A stretch of DNA of 64,000 bases from a virus (lineage: Duplodnaviria; Heunggongvirae; Uroviricota; Caudoviricetes), in the IMG/VR virus record IMGVR_UViG_3300009008_000023, positions 1-64,000 of that record; one strand, written 5' to 3'. Below the pieces are notes generated by a model. It saw nothing but the letters and a program-made list of their open reading frames with translations. It searched no databases and was not told the origin of the DNA. Each line of letters begins with the position of its first letter. Position 1 is the first letter of the stretch. The position numbers were made by a program, and so were the translations under genes. Below, in pieces: positions 46,017 through 54,684 of the stretch.

Positions 46017-46372
46017 TGTGGGTTTTAATCGGACATTATAACGCACATTATCCTGAAGAAGATTATGATGAGAATGTAGCTCTTTTTTATTCCCGTGAAG
46101 ATGCGGAACAATATGAAAAAGATTCAAGGATGAGAGCTTTTAAACGAATTCGTTTAAGAGGAGACAAGCCTAACTACAGGAAAATATCATTACTTCGTGG
46201 GTACGATAGCGCTTCAGTAGAAGAATATGAAGTGGAAGATTTACCCATTGACCCAATTCCTATCACCGAGTTTTCACAAAGTGTTGCTAAGTTCGTACGT
46301 AGAAACCATGTACAAACAGATGAACATTGGTCTCACCAAGAAATTATTAAAAACGAAATAAAGGAAGATTAA
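46016..46372 (+). CDS. hypothetical protein (118 aa)
   Basis: ORF; last 10 nt overlap tRNA-Ser. Confidence 0.35.
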   Translation: MWVLIGHYNAHYPEEDYDENVALFYSREDAEQYEKDSRMRAFKRIRLRGDKPNYRKISLLRGYDSASVEEYEVEDLPIDPIPITEFSQSVAKFVRRNHVQTDEHWSHQEIIKNEIKED

Positions 46373-46448
46373 CGTAACTGGTAACGTAGCGTCTTGCTAA
46401 GTCGCCGCCCGAAAGGGCTTCCTAGTTCGAGTCCAGGATCTTCCGCCA
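46363..46448 (+). tRNA. tRNA-Ser(GCU), type II
   Basis: Acceptor GGAAGAT/ATCTTCC; anticodon loop TTGCTAA; variable CGCCC-GAAA-GGGC; G73; CCA encoded. Confidence 0.7.
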
Positions 46449-46464
46449 CTAACTAAAGGGGAAA

Positions 46465-46905
46465 ATGTCAGCGAAGCGTAAAGCTATTAAGCAAGTACTT
46501 AATATTAAAGAAGAAGTAGTTGAAGCAGATGATCCGCGTATTCATGTTTGTAGATTCTGCAAACGCCCTGGCATCCTTTTAACAGGGTATAATGGGTATG
46601 GATTTTATACTCTTGCTAAGCATGGAAAAAAGTATAAAACTACGAAAACTGTTAATCATCATGCTTCAAAAGCAGAGTGGGCTTTAAAATGTAAAGAAGC
46701 TCAATATGCAGAAATGAAGAAAAATAAAGAAAAAAGAATTAAAAAGCTAGAGTTGGAGCGTGAAAAGAAGAAGAAAGAAGCTGAAAAAGCTGCGAAAGCT
46801 AAGGCTAAAGAGAAGAAGACTCCTAAAAAGGAGGACAAGAAAGAGCCTAAGAAGGCTAAGAAAAAAGTTGTAAAAAAAGCCAAAAAAGGCTTGATTAATT
46901 TATGA
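46465..46905 (+). CDS. hypothetical DNA-binding-like protein with poly-Lys tail
   Basis: CRFCKRPG zinc motif; C-terminal KKEAEKAAKAKAKEKK. Confidence 0.4.
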   Translation: MSAKRKAIKQVLNIKEEVVEADDPRIHVCRFCKRPGILLTGYNGYGFYTLAKHGKKYKTTKTVNHHASKAEWALKCKEAQYAEMKKNKEKRIKKLELEREKKKKEAEKAAKAKAKEKKTPKKEDKKEPKKAKKKVVKKAKKGLINL

Positions 46906-46951
46906 GTACGAGTACATTAAAGTTACACTCATAAACTTAACCATTCAATTT

Positions 46952-47287
46952 ATGAACTATTTAGTTTCCCTAAGAGTTGACGAAGATCAACTCAAAAAGA
47001 ATGATCTAGAATTACAGAGTAACCTAGAATTAGAAGTATTTTATGTAATTGTAAGAGACATTCAATGTACAGCAGATGTATTTGAGTACCTGTATGAATG
47101 GCTAGATGATGAAGATTGCTTATTAACTAATATTCCTGAGTTACCTTTCTCTATTGGAATGGCTATTATTCCAACTGAAGAAGAAGTCGAAAATTTAATT
47201 AATACACTAGAGCCCATTATTGCAATATTAAATGAGCCTGAGAGCGATACTCCACAGCTAGATAGCATCGTAAGATTAGTGCAGTAA
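46952..47287 (+). CDS. hypothetical acidic protein (111 aa)
   Basis: ORF. Confidence 0.35.
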   Translation: MNYLVSLRVDEDQLKKNDLELQSNLELEVFYVIVRDIQCTADVFEYLYEWLDDEDCLLTNIPELPFSIGMAIIPTEEEVENLINTLEPIIAILNEPESDTPQLDSIVRLVQ

Positions 47288-47299
47288 CCAAGATCTTAC

Positions 47300-47387
47300 G
47301 CTCGGATGGCGGAATTGGTAGACGCGCCGGCCTTAGAAGCCGGTGTCTGTAATGGGCGTGTGGGTTCGACTCCCACTCCGAGCACCA
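47300..47387 (+). tRNA. tRNA-Leu(UAG), type II
   Basis: GCTCGGATGGCGGAATTGGTAGACGCG...; anticodon loop CTTAGAA; 16-nt variable arm; A73; CCA encoded. Confidence 0.8.
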
Positions 47388-47412
47388 GAGAAAGCTTAAC
47401 CATTCAGTAATT

Positions 47413-47607
47413 ATGATTCAGTGGATTAAAAACATATTTTCAAAATCTTCGAATGAGGCCGATTTGGACTCATTAACTCAAGAAGAACTTGAAGAATTAT
47501 TAATACCAGCTATATTTGCTGCAATTAAAGATGGCACTTTTACTTCAAAACACCTTGATAATAAATGGGTTAGAAAGTATTTTGCCATACAACGTTTGAA
47601 TAAATAA
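47413..47607 (+). CDS. hypothetical protein (64 aa)
   Basis: ORF. Confidence 0.3.
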   Translation: MIQWIKNIFSKSSNEADLDSLTQEELEELLIPAIFAAIKDGTFTSKHLDNKWVRKYFAIQRLNK

Positions 47608-47619
47608 ACCACATACACT

Positions 47620-48651
47620 ATGAATATAAAAAGTGATGTGTTATTTGGTCTCCAATACGGGGATGAAGGAAAAGGTAAATGTGCTAAATATTTACAAGAA
47701 AACCCCACTTGGGGGCCAAACTATACACATATCGTTAGATTTAATGGCGGCCCTAACGCCGGTCATACCTTCTATCATGAAGGTGAAAAACTTGTAACAC
47801 ATCAACTTCCCTTCCCATATAAACCGCATACTATTGCGATGATTGGATCTGGGTGTGTTGTACATCCAGATACTTTTTTGGAAGAAGTTGAACTGTTTTC
47901 AAAAACATTAAATACTGATGTTGCAAAGAGAATTAAAGTGGCATATAATGCTCACATAATTACTGAAAAACATCGGGAAATTGATGAAAAAGATACTATT
48001 ATAGGAACTACAAAGCGGGGTATTGGTCCCTGCTATTCTGATAAGGCTTTGCGGAAAAAATACTTACGCGCAGAAACACACCCAGTCTTTAAAGAATTTT
48101 TGTGTGACCCCATTACTGAGTTAAATCAAGATGGAAATCAAATTCTTTTTGAGGGTGCGCAAGGGTTTTATTTAGATGTAGATCATGGAGATTACCCTTA
48201 TGTAACATCAAGCTCTGTACTTCCTAGTAATGCATTCTCTACAGGTTTATCGCCTAAAACGTTAGGCCATGTTTGGGGAATAGCAAAAGTTTATGAGACA
48301 TATGTAGGAACTAAAAACTTTACAGACGACTGTGAGCCAGAGGATCTAGAGATTTTTGATAAACTTGCTGACGCTGGTAATGAGTTTGGTGCCACTACAG
48401 GTCGTAGACGTAAAGTAAACTATTTAAATTTAGATCGTTTAATTAAAGCTTGTATGGTATCTGGAGTTGATTCTCTAATCTTTAATAAAGCAGATGTTTT
48501 ACTTGAAGTTAATAAATATAAACTTTATTATAAAGATGAGCTTAAGGTTTTTGATTCTTTGAATCACTTTAAGTTATTTGTGAGCGAGATCTTACGATCA
48601 CAGCTAGACTTACCTACTATTATATTTTCAGGGAATAAGGTGACTGTATGA
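47620..48651 (+). CDS. purA: adenylosuccinate synthetase (PurA)
   Basis: GLQYGDEGKGK P-loop, GGPNAGHT, TTKRGIGPCYSDK motifs. Confidence 0.85.
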   Translation: MNIKSDVLFGLQYGDEGKGKCAKYLQENPTWGPNYTHIVRFNGGPNAGHTFYHEGEKLVTHQLPFPYKPHTIAMIGSGCVVHPDTFLEEVELFSKTLNTDVAKRIKVAYNAHIITEKHREIDEKDTIIGTTKRGIGPCYSDKALRKKYLRAETHPVFKEFLCDPITELNQDGNQILFEGAQGFYLDVDHGDYPYVTSSSVLPSNAFSTGLSPKTLGHVWGIAKVYETYVGTKNFTDDCEPEDLEIFDKLADAGNEFGATTGRRRKVNYLNLDRLIKACMVSGVDSLIFNKADVLLEVNKYKLYYKDELKVFDSLNHFKLFVSEILRSQLDLPTIIFSGNKVTV

Positions 48652-49007
48652 AAGATCCTACAAAACCTGAACCATCTAGCTTTGAATTAAGCTTCGATGC
48701 AAATACAGGATCTGTTACATATAATACGGAATATACACTTAATGATGGAACAACCATTAAGGATGTCTTTGGAGATCCGCTTATAGGTGTTGACCCTGCA
48801 ACGGGGTCTACTGCTGGAGTGGTTCATGATCCAAACATATTGGTATCAGGAGGATACTATCCTTTCGTTGGAAGCGGTCCTATAATGGATCCTATGTACG
48901 AACCTCCAGTCACTAAAGATGATCTAAATGAGCTCTCTAAAGCTATTATCATGTTGATGGATGAAGTCCGTGAACTAAAGAAAGAAGTTCAAGGCCGAAA
49001 AGAGTAA
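48648..49007 (+). CDS. hypothetical protein (119 aa)
   Basis: ORF overlapping purA stop. Confidence 0.35.
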   Translation: MKDPTKPEPSSFELSFDANTGSVTYNTEYTLNDGTTIKDVFGDPLIGVDPATGSTAGVVHDPNILVSGGYYPFVGSGPIMDPMYEPPVTKDDLNELSKAIIMLMDEVRELKKEVQGRKE

Positions 49008-49010
49008 GTT

Positions 49011-49286
49011 ATGATGGATTATGGAAACAAAGAGAGTTTTAAAGACACCATGAGAGATACTGTTGATGACGTAGAATTCCTTCGAGCGGAGTTAAATAGA
49101 CAAATCCACGAAAATAAGTGGGTGCATGAGGATCTTCAAGACAGTTTAATCGAACTTGAAACTATAGTAACAAAAAGTAATACAGAAAAGAATGATGTGA
49201 TTTGTAAAGCATTAGTACTTTTGTTGTCTGAGATCACTAGTATTAAAGAGATGTTAAATACTGCTTTAGAGCAGAACTTAAAGTAA
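49011..49286 (+). CDS. hypothetical protein (91 aa)
   Basis: ORF. Confidence 0.3.
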   Translation: MMDYGNKESFKDTMRDTVDDVEFLRAELNRQIHENKWVHEDLQDSLIELETIVTKSNTEKNDVICKALVLLLSEITSIKEMLNTALEQNLK

Positions 49287-49506
49287 TTTGTTGACCAATT
49301 AGATATACACCCTCAGGTGAATTCTAAAGTCCCTTCAAATTTATAGACACATATTTTAACCGTAAGGTTATAGGTTTATGTTTCGTAAACCACGATGGCT
49401 TAAAGTTCTTCATACTGAAAGCTAAATAATTAATTACTTTATTATTATTCTCATGTTAGAAGCACTAAGACTAACATTCTAATAATAAGAAATAATTAAT
49501 TATTCA

Positions 49507-49536
49507 CCGAAATCTGACAATTTCGGAATGTATAAT
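49507..49536 (+). promoter_or_regulatory. perfect 7-bp-arm palindrome CCGAAAT-ctgaca-ATTTCGG adjacent to TG-TATAAT; candidate operator/promoter
   Basis: Hairpin/operator overlapping a -10-like TATAAT 20 nt upstream of ATG 49535. Confidence 0.35.
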
Positions 49537-49777
49537 GAGAGAGGGAACTATGGCATTTAATGAAATGTGGGAACAGTTTGGAGTATTCAAATTATGTTTT
49601 GGATGTGTTCATGACTGCAAAGCCCACGGAAGTACTTTGAGTATTTGGTGCCCAAAGTATGAGAAAGACCAGAATTTATTAGGGCAGGATTTAACTGTCT
49701 ATGGAAATAAACCTGGCAACAGAAACCGACAATTACGTCGTATTATTACATATTTAAAGGAGTTAGAATTAGAATAA
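49535..49777 (+). CDS. hypothetical Cys-rich protein (80 aa)
   Basis: ORF with GAGAGGG RBS. Confidence 0.3.
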   Translation: MREGTMAFNEMWEQFGVFKLCFGCVHDCKAHGSTLSIWCPKYEKDQNLLGQDLTVYGNKPGNRNRQLRRIITYLKELELE

Positions 49778-50007
49778 TGGTTGTAACAGACACAAAGGTA
49801 ACAGGTAATGTTCATTGGTTTAGCCCGAAGTTAGGGTATGGATTTATAGAATATGATGATGAAGGTAGTATGGTGTCCATTTTTGTGCATTATTCTGAAG
49901 TTCAAATGGAAGGATATAAAAAGCTCAAGAGAGGCCAAGAAGTATCCTTTACTATTAAAGACACTGACAAAGGCATGCAGGCTTTTGGAGTGGAACCCAC
50001 AGCTTAA
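49777..50007 (+). CDS. cold-shock protein (CspA family)
   Basis: GNVHWFSPKLGYGFIEY...IFVHYSEV...G..LKRGQEVSF cold-shock domain with RNP1/RNP2 motifs. Confidence 0.85.
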   Translation: MVVTDTKVTGNVHWFSPKLGYGFIEYDDEGSMVSIFVHYSEVQMEGYKKLKRGQEVSFTIKDTDKGMQAFGVEPTA

Positions 50008-50019
50008 CCAACGGAAAAC

Positions 50020-50583
50020 ATGGATAAAGATTTGCGTTTAAAAGAAGTTGATTTTGGAATTGATTCTAGTAGACGCGTTATTTATCTGAATGATGAAATA
50101 ACTCTTAGTACTCCTACGTTTTTGATGGATAGGATAAATTTAATTGTTGATTTATCAGAAGATGATAAAAGCCCAATTTCAGTATTCCTTTCATCAAATG
50201 GCGGGGATATTTATGGAATGTTTGGAACTATGGATGTCATTAAAAGCGTAGATATTCCAATTAATGTCTACGCTTTTGGGACAGCTACTTCAGCAGCAGG
50301 AATGATACTAATTTCTACGACTGGGTTACGTGTGCTAACTCCTCAGAGTTATGTTATGCTACATACCGTGCAAGTAGAATTTTCAGGGTCCGCTCCTGCA
50401 ATTTCTAATGAAGCAGGACATACAGATGATATACATCATCGTTTTGTTACAATTTGTACTGAATGTTCAAATAAAGATGAAGAGTTTTGGGACGCTACAC
50501 TGCGCACTGAATCATATTTTAATGCAGAAGAATGTTTAGAGTTAGGCTTAATAGATAAGATTCATAATGGCAAACAAACTTAA
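50020..50583 (+). CDS. ClpP-family serine protease
   Basis: SSNGGDIYGMFGTMDVIK...AFGTATSAAGMIL...MLHTVQ catalytic Ser/His regions in ClpP order. Confidence 0.65.
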   Translation: MDKDLRLKEVDFGIDSSRRVIYLNDEITLSTPTFLMDRINLIVDLSEDDKSPISVFLSSNGGDIYGMFGTMDVIKSVDIPINVYAFGTATSAAGMILISTTGLRVLTPQSYVMLHTVQVEFSGSAPAISNEAGHTDDIHHRFVTICTECSNKDEEFWDATLRTESYFNAEECLELGLIDKIHNGKQT

Positions 50584-50926
50584 AAAAGTAAAGAAAGTAA
50601 AAGCCGTAGCCAAGACTAAACGCATACGAAGGACTAAAGCAGAAATTAATGCTGGAGTCACTTTGGAAAGTAAAAAGGCGCCTAAAAAGAAACCTGCCAC
50701 TAATCAGAAAAAAGTGGTAAAAGAAGCAACTACGAAAAAAGCTACTAAGAAAACAAAAGATGACAACGATGTAGTTGAAGGAAAATTTAGAAAACTTACA
50801 GTATTGAAAGATAAACCGATTAAATTACGTGTATTAAATAAAGTAATTAATGAGGGTTGGGAATTTTGCTTTACGCAAGATTGTCTTGGTGGTTTTGAAA
50901 TAATCTTTCAGAAATCAAAAGAATAA
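50567..50926 (+). CDS. hypothetical Lys-rich protein (119 aa)
   Basis: KKVKKVKAVAKTKRIRRTK basic N-terminus. Confidence 0.35.
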   Translation: MANKLKKVKKVKAVAKTKRIRRTKAEINAGVTLESKKAPKKKPATNQKKVVKEATTKKATKKTKDDNDVVEGKFRKLTVLKDKPIKLRVLNKVINEGWEFCFTQDCLGGFEIIFQKSKE

Positions 50927-50927
50927 C

Positions 50928-51155
50928 GTGGAAGAAAATACACAAAATACTGATCAGATGAAGGCTCTAGAGGAAGTAAAACAGAAGATACTTAAACATC
51001 CTGGAGTCCAACAAGCTAGAGAACAGTATATTATTAAAGTGACTACTCGTCTTGAGGAAGTTCTAAAACTTCATTTTGATGAGCAAGAGAATAGAGAAAA
51101 ATTTAATAAAATTACCAAAGAAATACGTGCTTATATAGAAGAGTTACACACGTAA
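50928..51155 (+). CDS. hypothetical protein (75 aa)
   Basis: ORF. Confidence 0.3.
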   Translation: MEENTQNTDQMKALEEVKQKILKHPGVQQAREQYIIKVTTRLEEVLKLHFDEQENREKFNKITKEIRAYIEELHT

Positions 51156-51175
51156 TTTGGTATAAGAAGTATGAA
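51150..51175 (+). promoter_or_regulatory. phage promoter motif (taattTGGTATAAGAAGTATGAAG)
   Basis: Consensus match incl. ATG. Confidence 0.6.
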
Positions 51176-51239
51176 GGCTTTTGTCGAAATCGCCTATAAA
51201 AATCGACATGGAGCAGGGAGTCTCAACAGACTCTGCATC

Positions 51240-51264
51240 GGGGGGACGAAAGTCTCCCCTTTAT
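51240..51264 (+). terminator. rho-independent terminator
   Basis: GGGGGGAC-gaaa-GTCTCCCC plus TTTATT. Confidence 0.7.
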
Positions 51265-51346
51265 TCACACGTAGCTAAGTTGGTATAGCAGCGGCCTGTT
51301 AAGCCGCCGGAGAAATCCATCGGAGGTTCGAGTCCTTCCGTGTGAG
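51265..51346 (+). tRNA. tRNA-Asn(GUU) with atypical 14-nt GAAA-capped variable hairpin
   Basis: Acceptor TCACACG/CGTGTGA; D arm GCTAAGTTGGTATAGC; anticodon loop CTGTTAA; variable CGGA-GAAA-TCCATC; T arm GGAGGTTCGAGTCCTTC. Confidence 0.6.
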
Positions 51347-51498
51347 CCTAAAACAATAAGGAGAACAATGGGACACCAATTAGGTATATTTATAATCAGC
51401 ATAATTGCTGGCATGGCCTTAGCATTCGCTATGGGTATTGCTGTGTGGTTTTTCTTGGAATGGATACCTAACAAGTACAAAGCTTTGAGAGGTAAAAC

Positions 51499-51858
51499 AT
51501 GGGCTGGTTCATAGGTCACCTTATAGGCGATTTTTTGTTGCAAAACGATGCAATGGCCTTTAATAAGAAACATAGTAGTTTTATATGTGTTTGTCACTGT
51601 ATTGTTTACACAGCAGCAGTAATGCTATTTTCAGGTTGGTGGAAACTTCCATCAGCTTGGATAGTAATGATTGCAATTTTTGTTTCTCATTTCGCACTTG
51701 ATCGTACAAAGTGGTTATACAAAGCCATGAAACGACACCGGCCCAGATTCTTAAAGGATCCATACTGGCCGTGGTCATACATAGTGTACGATCAAATCAT
51801 CCACATCGTTACTCTTTGGATTATAGCGAGGATAATAAATGCGGGTATTTTGTCTTGA
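51499..51858 (+). CDS. membrane protein (119 aa)
   Basis: Three predicted TM helices. Confidence 0.35.
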   Translation: MGWFIGHLIGDFLLQNDAMAFNKKHSSFICVCHCIVYTAAVMLFSGWWKLPSAWIVMIAIFVSHFALDRTKWLYKAMKRHRPRFLKDPYWPWSYIVYDQIIHIVTLWIIARIINAGILS

Positions 51859-52108
51859 TGACAAGCGCAAGTGCCCAAAAGACTGGGTGCACGCACAAAG
51901 CTTTAATGCGGCCAAAGATTTAATTCTCATAGAGAATGCTTTTGATGTTTGGTGGCTTGATCACGACCTAGGTGGTAAGAAAAGTGGTCTTGATTTTTTG
52001 AAGTGGGTTCATGAGATCGAACTTGATCGCCTCCCCAAAGAAATCAAGGTTCATAGCAGCAACCCAGTAGGGCACAGTACATGGTATACTTCTGTCAAGA
52101 AGTATTAA
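51839..52108 (+). CDS. hypothetical protein (89 aa)
   Basis: ORF; conserved-looking WWLDHDLGG segment. Confidence 0.3.
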   Translation: MRVFCLDDKRKCPKDWVHAQSFNAAKDLILIENAFDVWWLDHDLGGKKSGLDFLKWVHEIELDRLPKEIKVHSSNPVGHSTWYTSVKKY

Positions 52109-52151
52109 AGGTACCTGTAACACGAGCTATTTTCCCTTTGGAGGAATAACT

Positions 52152-52355
52152 ATGCCGATGGATTTTCCAGACATGGAAAGCTTAAAAAAGTGGGCGAAAC
52201 AACGCGAGTTTCGTCAGCCTTTTCTTGACGAATCTGAGCTACAATATCGGTCCGCTTTTGCTCTTTTCATGAACGACAAAGACCCAGTTGAAGCAATGGA
52301 AATAGCTAGTGGCAAGGGCTGGGATCGTTGGAAAGAGGGCACATTCGGTGGCTAA
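52152..52355 (+). CDS. hypothetical protein (67 aa)
   Basis: GGAGG RBS. Confidence 0.3.
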   Translation: MPMDFPDMESLKKWAKQREFRQPFLDESELQYRSAFALFMNDKDPVEAMEIASGKGWDRWKEGTFGG

Positions 52356-52361
52356 ATCGTT

Positions 52362-52437
52362 GGGTCCTTAGCTCAGTTGGTTTTAGAGCAGTGCGCTCAT
52401 AACGCTCAGGTCGTTGGTTCAAATCCAACAGGGCCCA
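52362..52437 (+). tRNA. tRNA-Met/Ile2(CAU)
   Basis: Acceptor GGGTCCT/AGGGCCC; anticodon loop CTCATAA; T arm GTTGGTTCAAATCCAAC. Confidence 0.65.
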
Positions 52438-52459
52438 CCTACACAAACAAGGAGAAAAG

Positions 52460-52888
52460 ATGAAGTTAATGTCTCTTCAGAACACTTTTAAGGTTATCAT
52501 TGGGATGAATACGATCAATGAAAACCTTTCTTTTCAAGACGCGTTTAAGTTATTCTGGGAAGAAGTTTGTAAAACGTTGGACAATGGGACCTCTTGGCAG
52601 GCATTAGAAACTAGTAACTTTCTGGTGTATGTTAATAGAGTGGGTACTGAGCTTCCTTTAGACTTTTATACTGCTAGGGATTTGGGATATATTACTGGTG
52701 TGTTAGTTGAAGTTCCTGAATCAAAACCAGTGTTTCATGAAAAAGAGCTTTCTCAAGATGACGAAACAGCCATTTTTGCTGCTCTTGGTGATTCCGCGAT
52801 GGAAGGTTTAAATTATTTAGCGGATTTACAAGAGCGCATTCGGAAATACAGAGAAGAAAATCCCGTTGAGGAGGAAGAAACAGTATGA
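52460..52888 (+). CDS. hypothetical acidic protein (142 aa)
   Basis: AAGGAG RBS. Confidence 0.35.
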   Translation: MKLMSLQNTFKVIIGMNTINENLSFQDAFKLFWEEVCKTLDNGTSWQALETSNFLVYVNRVGTELPLDFYTARDLGYITGVLVEVPESKPVFHEKELSQDDETAIFAALGDSAMEGLNYLADLQERIRKYREENPVEEEETV

Positions 52889-52932
52889 AATATTGATTAG
52901 CCCAAGTAGGGATTACTGTACTAGTTGCGTTT

Positions 52933-53406
52933 TTGTGTACACTAGCAGTAGCAACACTCACAGGTTGCGCTACCCCTACATCTGAGCAGTACATGGAGTT
53001 TTTGGAAGAAAAGTTTCCAGACGCTAGAATTAAAGCTGTTTCTAAACTTTCTTACTTGGTTTTAAGTAAGGAAGGAATTCAAGGAGTTACTTTTAAAGCG
53101 GAGCAAGCGTCTGCAAAAATGGAAAATTGGAAGTGGAAAAGTATTAAGACCATTATGAGTTTTGATGAGCTCGATAGTTTTTATGAGTTAGCTTACGAGT
53201 CATCTGGAAATGAATGGTCTGTAACTGATCTCGCTGCTTCCACTCGACTTGAAGACTCAGAGAGAATGCCAGCAATTCACTTCCTGCGTGAAGTGGAAAT
53301 TAATTTGTATACTATGAGTGAAACTGAGTTTCGCCAATTTATTCTTAATTCGCTGCCGTATGTGAATTACGTACGACCAGTGAAAGAGAGTGATAGAGCC
53401 TACTAA
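52933..53406 (+). CDS. putative lipoprotein, TTG or alternative start
   Basis: LAVATLTGC lipobox; start codon uncertain. Confidence 0.3.
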   Translation: MCTLAVATLTGCATPTSEQYMEFLEEKFPDARIKAVSKLSYLVLSKEGIQGVTFKAEQASAKMENWKWKSIKTIMSFDELDSFYELAYESSGNEWSVTDLAASTRLEDSERMPAIHFLREVEINLYTMSETEFRQFILNSLPYVNYVRPVKESDRAY

Positions 53407-53418
53407 GTAGGCTCAGTT

Positions 53419-53491
53419 GGGTCCTTAGTTTATCTGGCTAAAACACGTGACTTTTAATCACATATGCCCAGTTCAAGTCTGGGAGGACCCA
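53419..53491 (+). tRNA. tRNA-Lys(UUU)
   Basis: Acceptor GGGTCCT/AGGACCC; anticodon loop CTTTTAA; T arm CCCAGTTCAAGTCTGGG. Confidence 0.65.
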
Positions 53492-53495
53492 CCTA

Positions 53496-53520
53496 AGAAG
53501 AGCAATTGTGCTCTTCTTTA
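53496..53520 (+). terminator. terminator-like hairpin between tRNAs
   Basis: AAGAAGAGC-aattgt-GCTCTTCTT. Confidence 0.4.
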
Positions 53521-53526
53521 GCTTAC

Positions 53527-53600
53527 GCGCTCGTAGCTCAATTGTTTAGAGCAGCATTCTTATCAATTGCTGGTTCTAGGTTAAAGTCCTAGCGAGCGTA
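53527..53600 (+). tRNA. tRNA with anticodon UAU (Ile, AUA-reading), atypical loop
   Basis: Acceptor GCGCTCG/CGAGCGT; D arm GCTCAATTGTTTAGAGC; anticodon stem GCATT/ATTGC (one T-T), loop CTTATCA; T arm CTAGGTTAAAGTCCTAG; CCA encoded. Confidence 0.5.
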
Positions 53601-53616
53601 CCACTATTTAGTAAAT

Positions 53617-54087
53617 ATGAGCAAAAAATCAAATAAACGAACACAGAAAAAACGAGCTGAGCAATTAGGAATGCCCTATGGCACAGCTTCTGGTAGATTA
53701 AAAAAGAAGGTTTTATTTAATCTAGTTCAAAAACTTGGTGAAAACATATGTTTTCAATGTAAAAAAGAAATTAAAACAGCAGAAGAACTTTCAATTGAGC
53801 ATAAAAAGCCTTGGTACAATAATGATGTGAATTTATTTTGGGACATGGATAATATTGCATTTTCACACCTTAAATGTAACTCTGGAGCAAGAGTTGTTCC
53901 GAAAAAGTGCCCAAACAACCAAGGCTCAAAAAACGGACACGCTAAACTAAAAGAAGCGGATGTTCTAGAAATTAGAAAAAGTAAAAAATCGGTAAAGGAA
54001 TTAGCAAAAGAATATAATGTTTCTTTATCTTGTATTAAACAAGCTCGATCAAACAAATCAAGAAAGTGGAGACAGCTTAAAGAATAA
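53617..54087 (+). CDS. HNH endonuclease with C-terminal helix-turn-helix
   Basis: CFQCKKEI...SIEHKKPW...NIAFSHLKCNS HNH; C-terminal SVKELAKEYNVSLSCIKQAR. Confidence 0.65.
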   Translation: MSKKSNKRTQKKRAEQLGMPYGTASGRLKKKVLFNLVQKLGENICFQCKKEIKTAEELSIEHKKPWYNNDVNLFWDMDNIAFSHLKCNSGARVVPKKCPNNQGSKNGHAKLKEADVLEIRKSKKSVKELAKEYNVSLSCIKQARSNKSRKWRQLKE

Positions 54088-54089
54088 AC

Positions 54090-54164
54090 GCGCCCTTAGT
54101 TCAGATGGATTAGAACAACGGGCTTCTATCCCGTAGGTCGCAGGTTCGAGTCCTGCAGGGCGTG
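54090..54164 (+). tRNA. tRNA-Arg(UCU)
   Basis: Acceptor GCGCCCT/AGGGCGT; anticodon loop CTTCTAT; T arm GCAGGTTCGAGTCCTGC. Confidence 0.7.
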
Positions 54165-54227
54165 CCTTACACAAGGAAGAGTATTTAAAGCGTATGGCCT
54201 CGATAGCAGAAATACAATAGTAGTAAT

Positions 54228-54299
54228 GCGCGGTTAGCTCAGCGGGAGAGCTCTGTCTTTACACGGCAGCTGTCACTGGTTCAAATCCAGTACCGCGTA
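54228..54299 (+). tRNA. tRNA-Val(UAC)
   Basis: Acceptor GCGCGGT/ACCGCGT; anticodon loop TTTACAC; T arm ACTGGTTCAAATCCAGT. Confidence 0.7.
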
Positions 54300-54384
54300 C
54301 CTTTTGGGCGTGAGATAAGTTTCGACGGGAGTGGAGACCGCATGCGGAACACTTTCGGACTCGGGGGCGGCACCCGACACGTCC

Positions 54385-54412
54385 ACCTAAAAAATGGGTA
54401 TAAGAATTATGT
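54385..54412 (+). promoter_or_regulatory. phage promoter motif (gtccACCTAAAAAATGGGTATAAGAATTATG)
   Basis: Full extended consensus. Confidence 0.6.
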
Positions 54413-54684
54413 GGAGGAACTAGCTAGTATCTTCACACAAACGCACGCAGAGCGTCCGTTCCTTCATAGTTGCTTCAACAGACGAAGAGAAGGTTCGGTA
54501 ATAGGACCGTGGTATGAAATCTGTACTAGGTTTCCACATATCCCCTTAACTGCCTAGATAAGGGACTCCGGCCGGTGGGTAATACTGGTCACTAAAAAAG
54601 AGAGTATTGTGAAGCGTAGCTCTCGGAGTGCTTGTGACTCTGATATTGCTTCCAGGCGTTCCGCGATCGCCTGATATGCCGCAG

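Noticed and set aside
51265-51597. 110-aa minus-strand ORF overlapping tRNA-Asn and downstream genes
   Set aside because: Antisense to a tRNA and to plus-strand coding sequence with good RBSs; shadow ORF.
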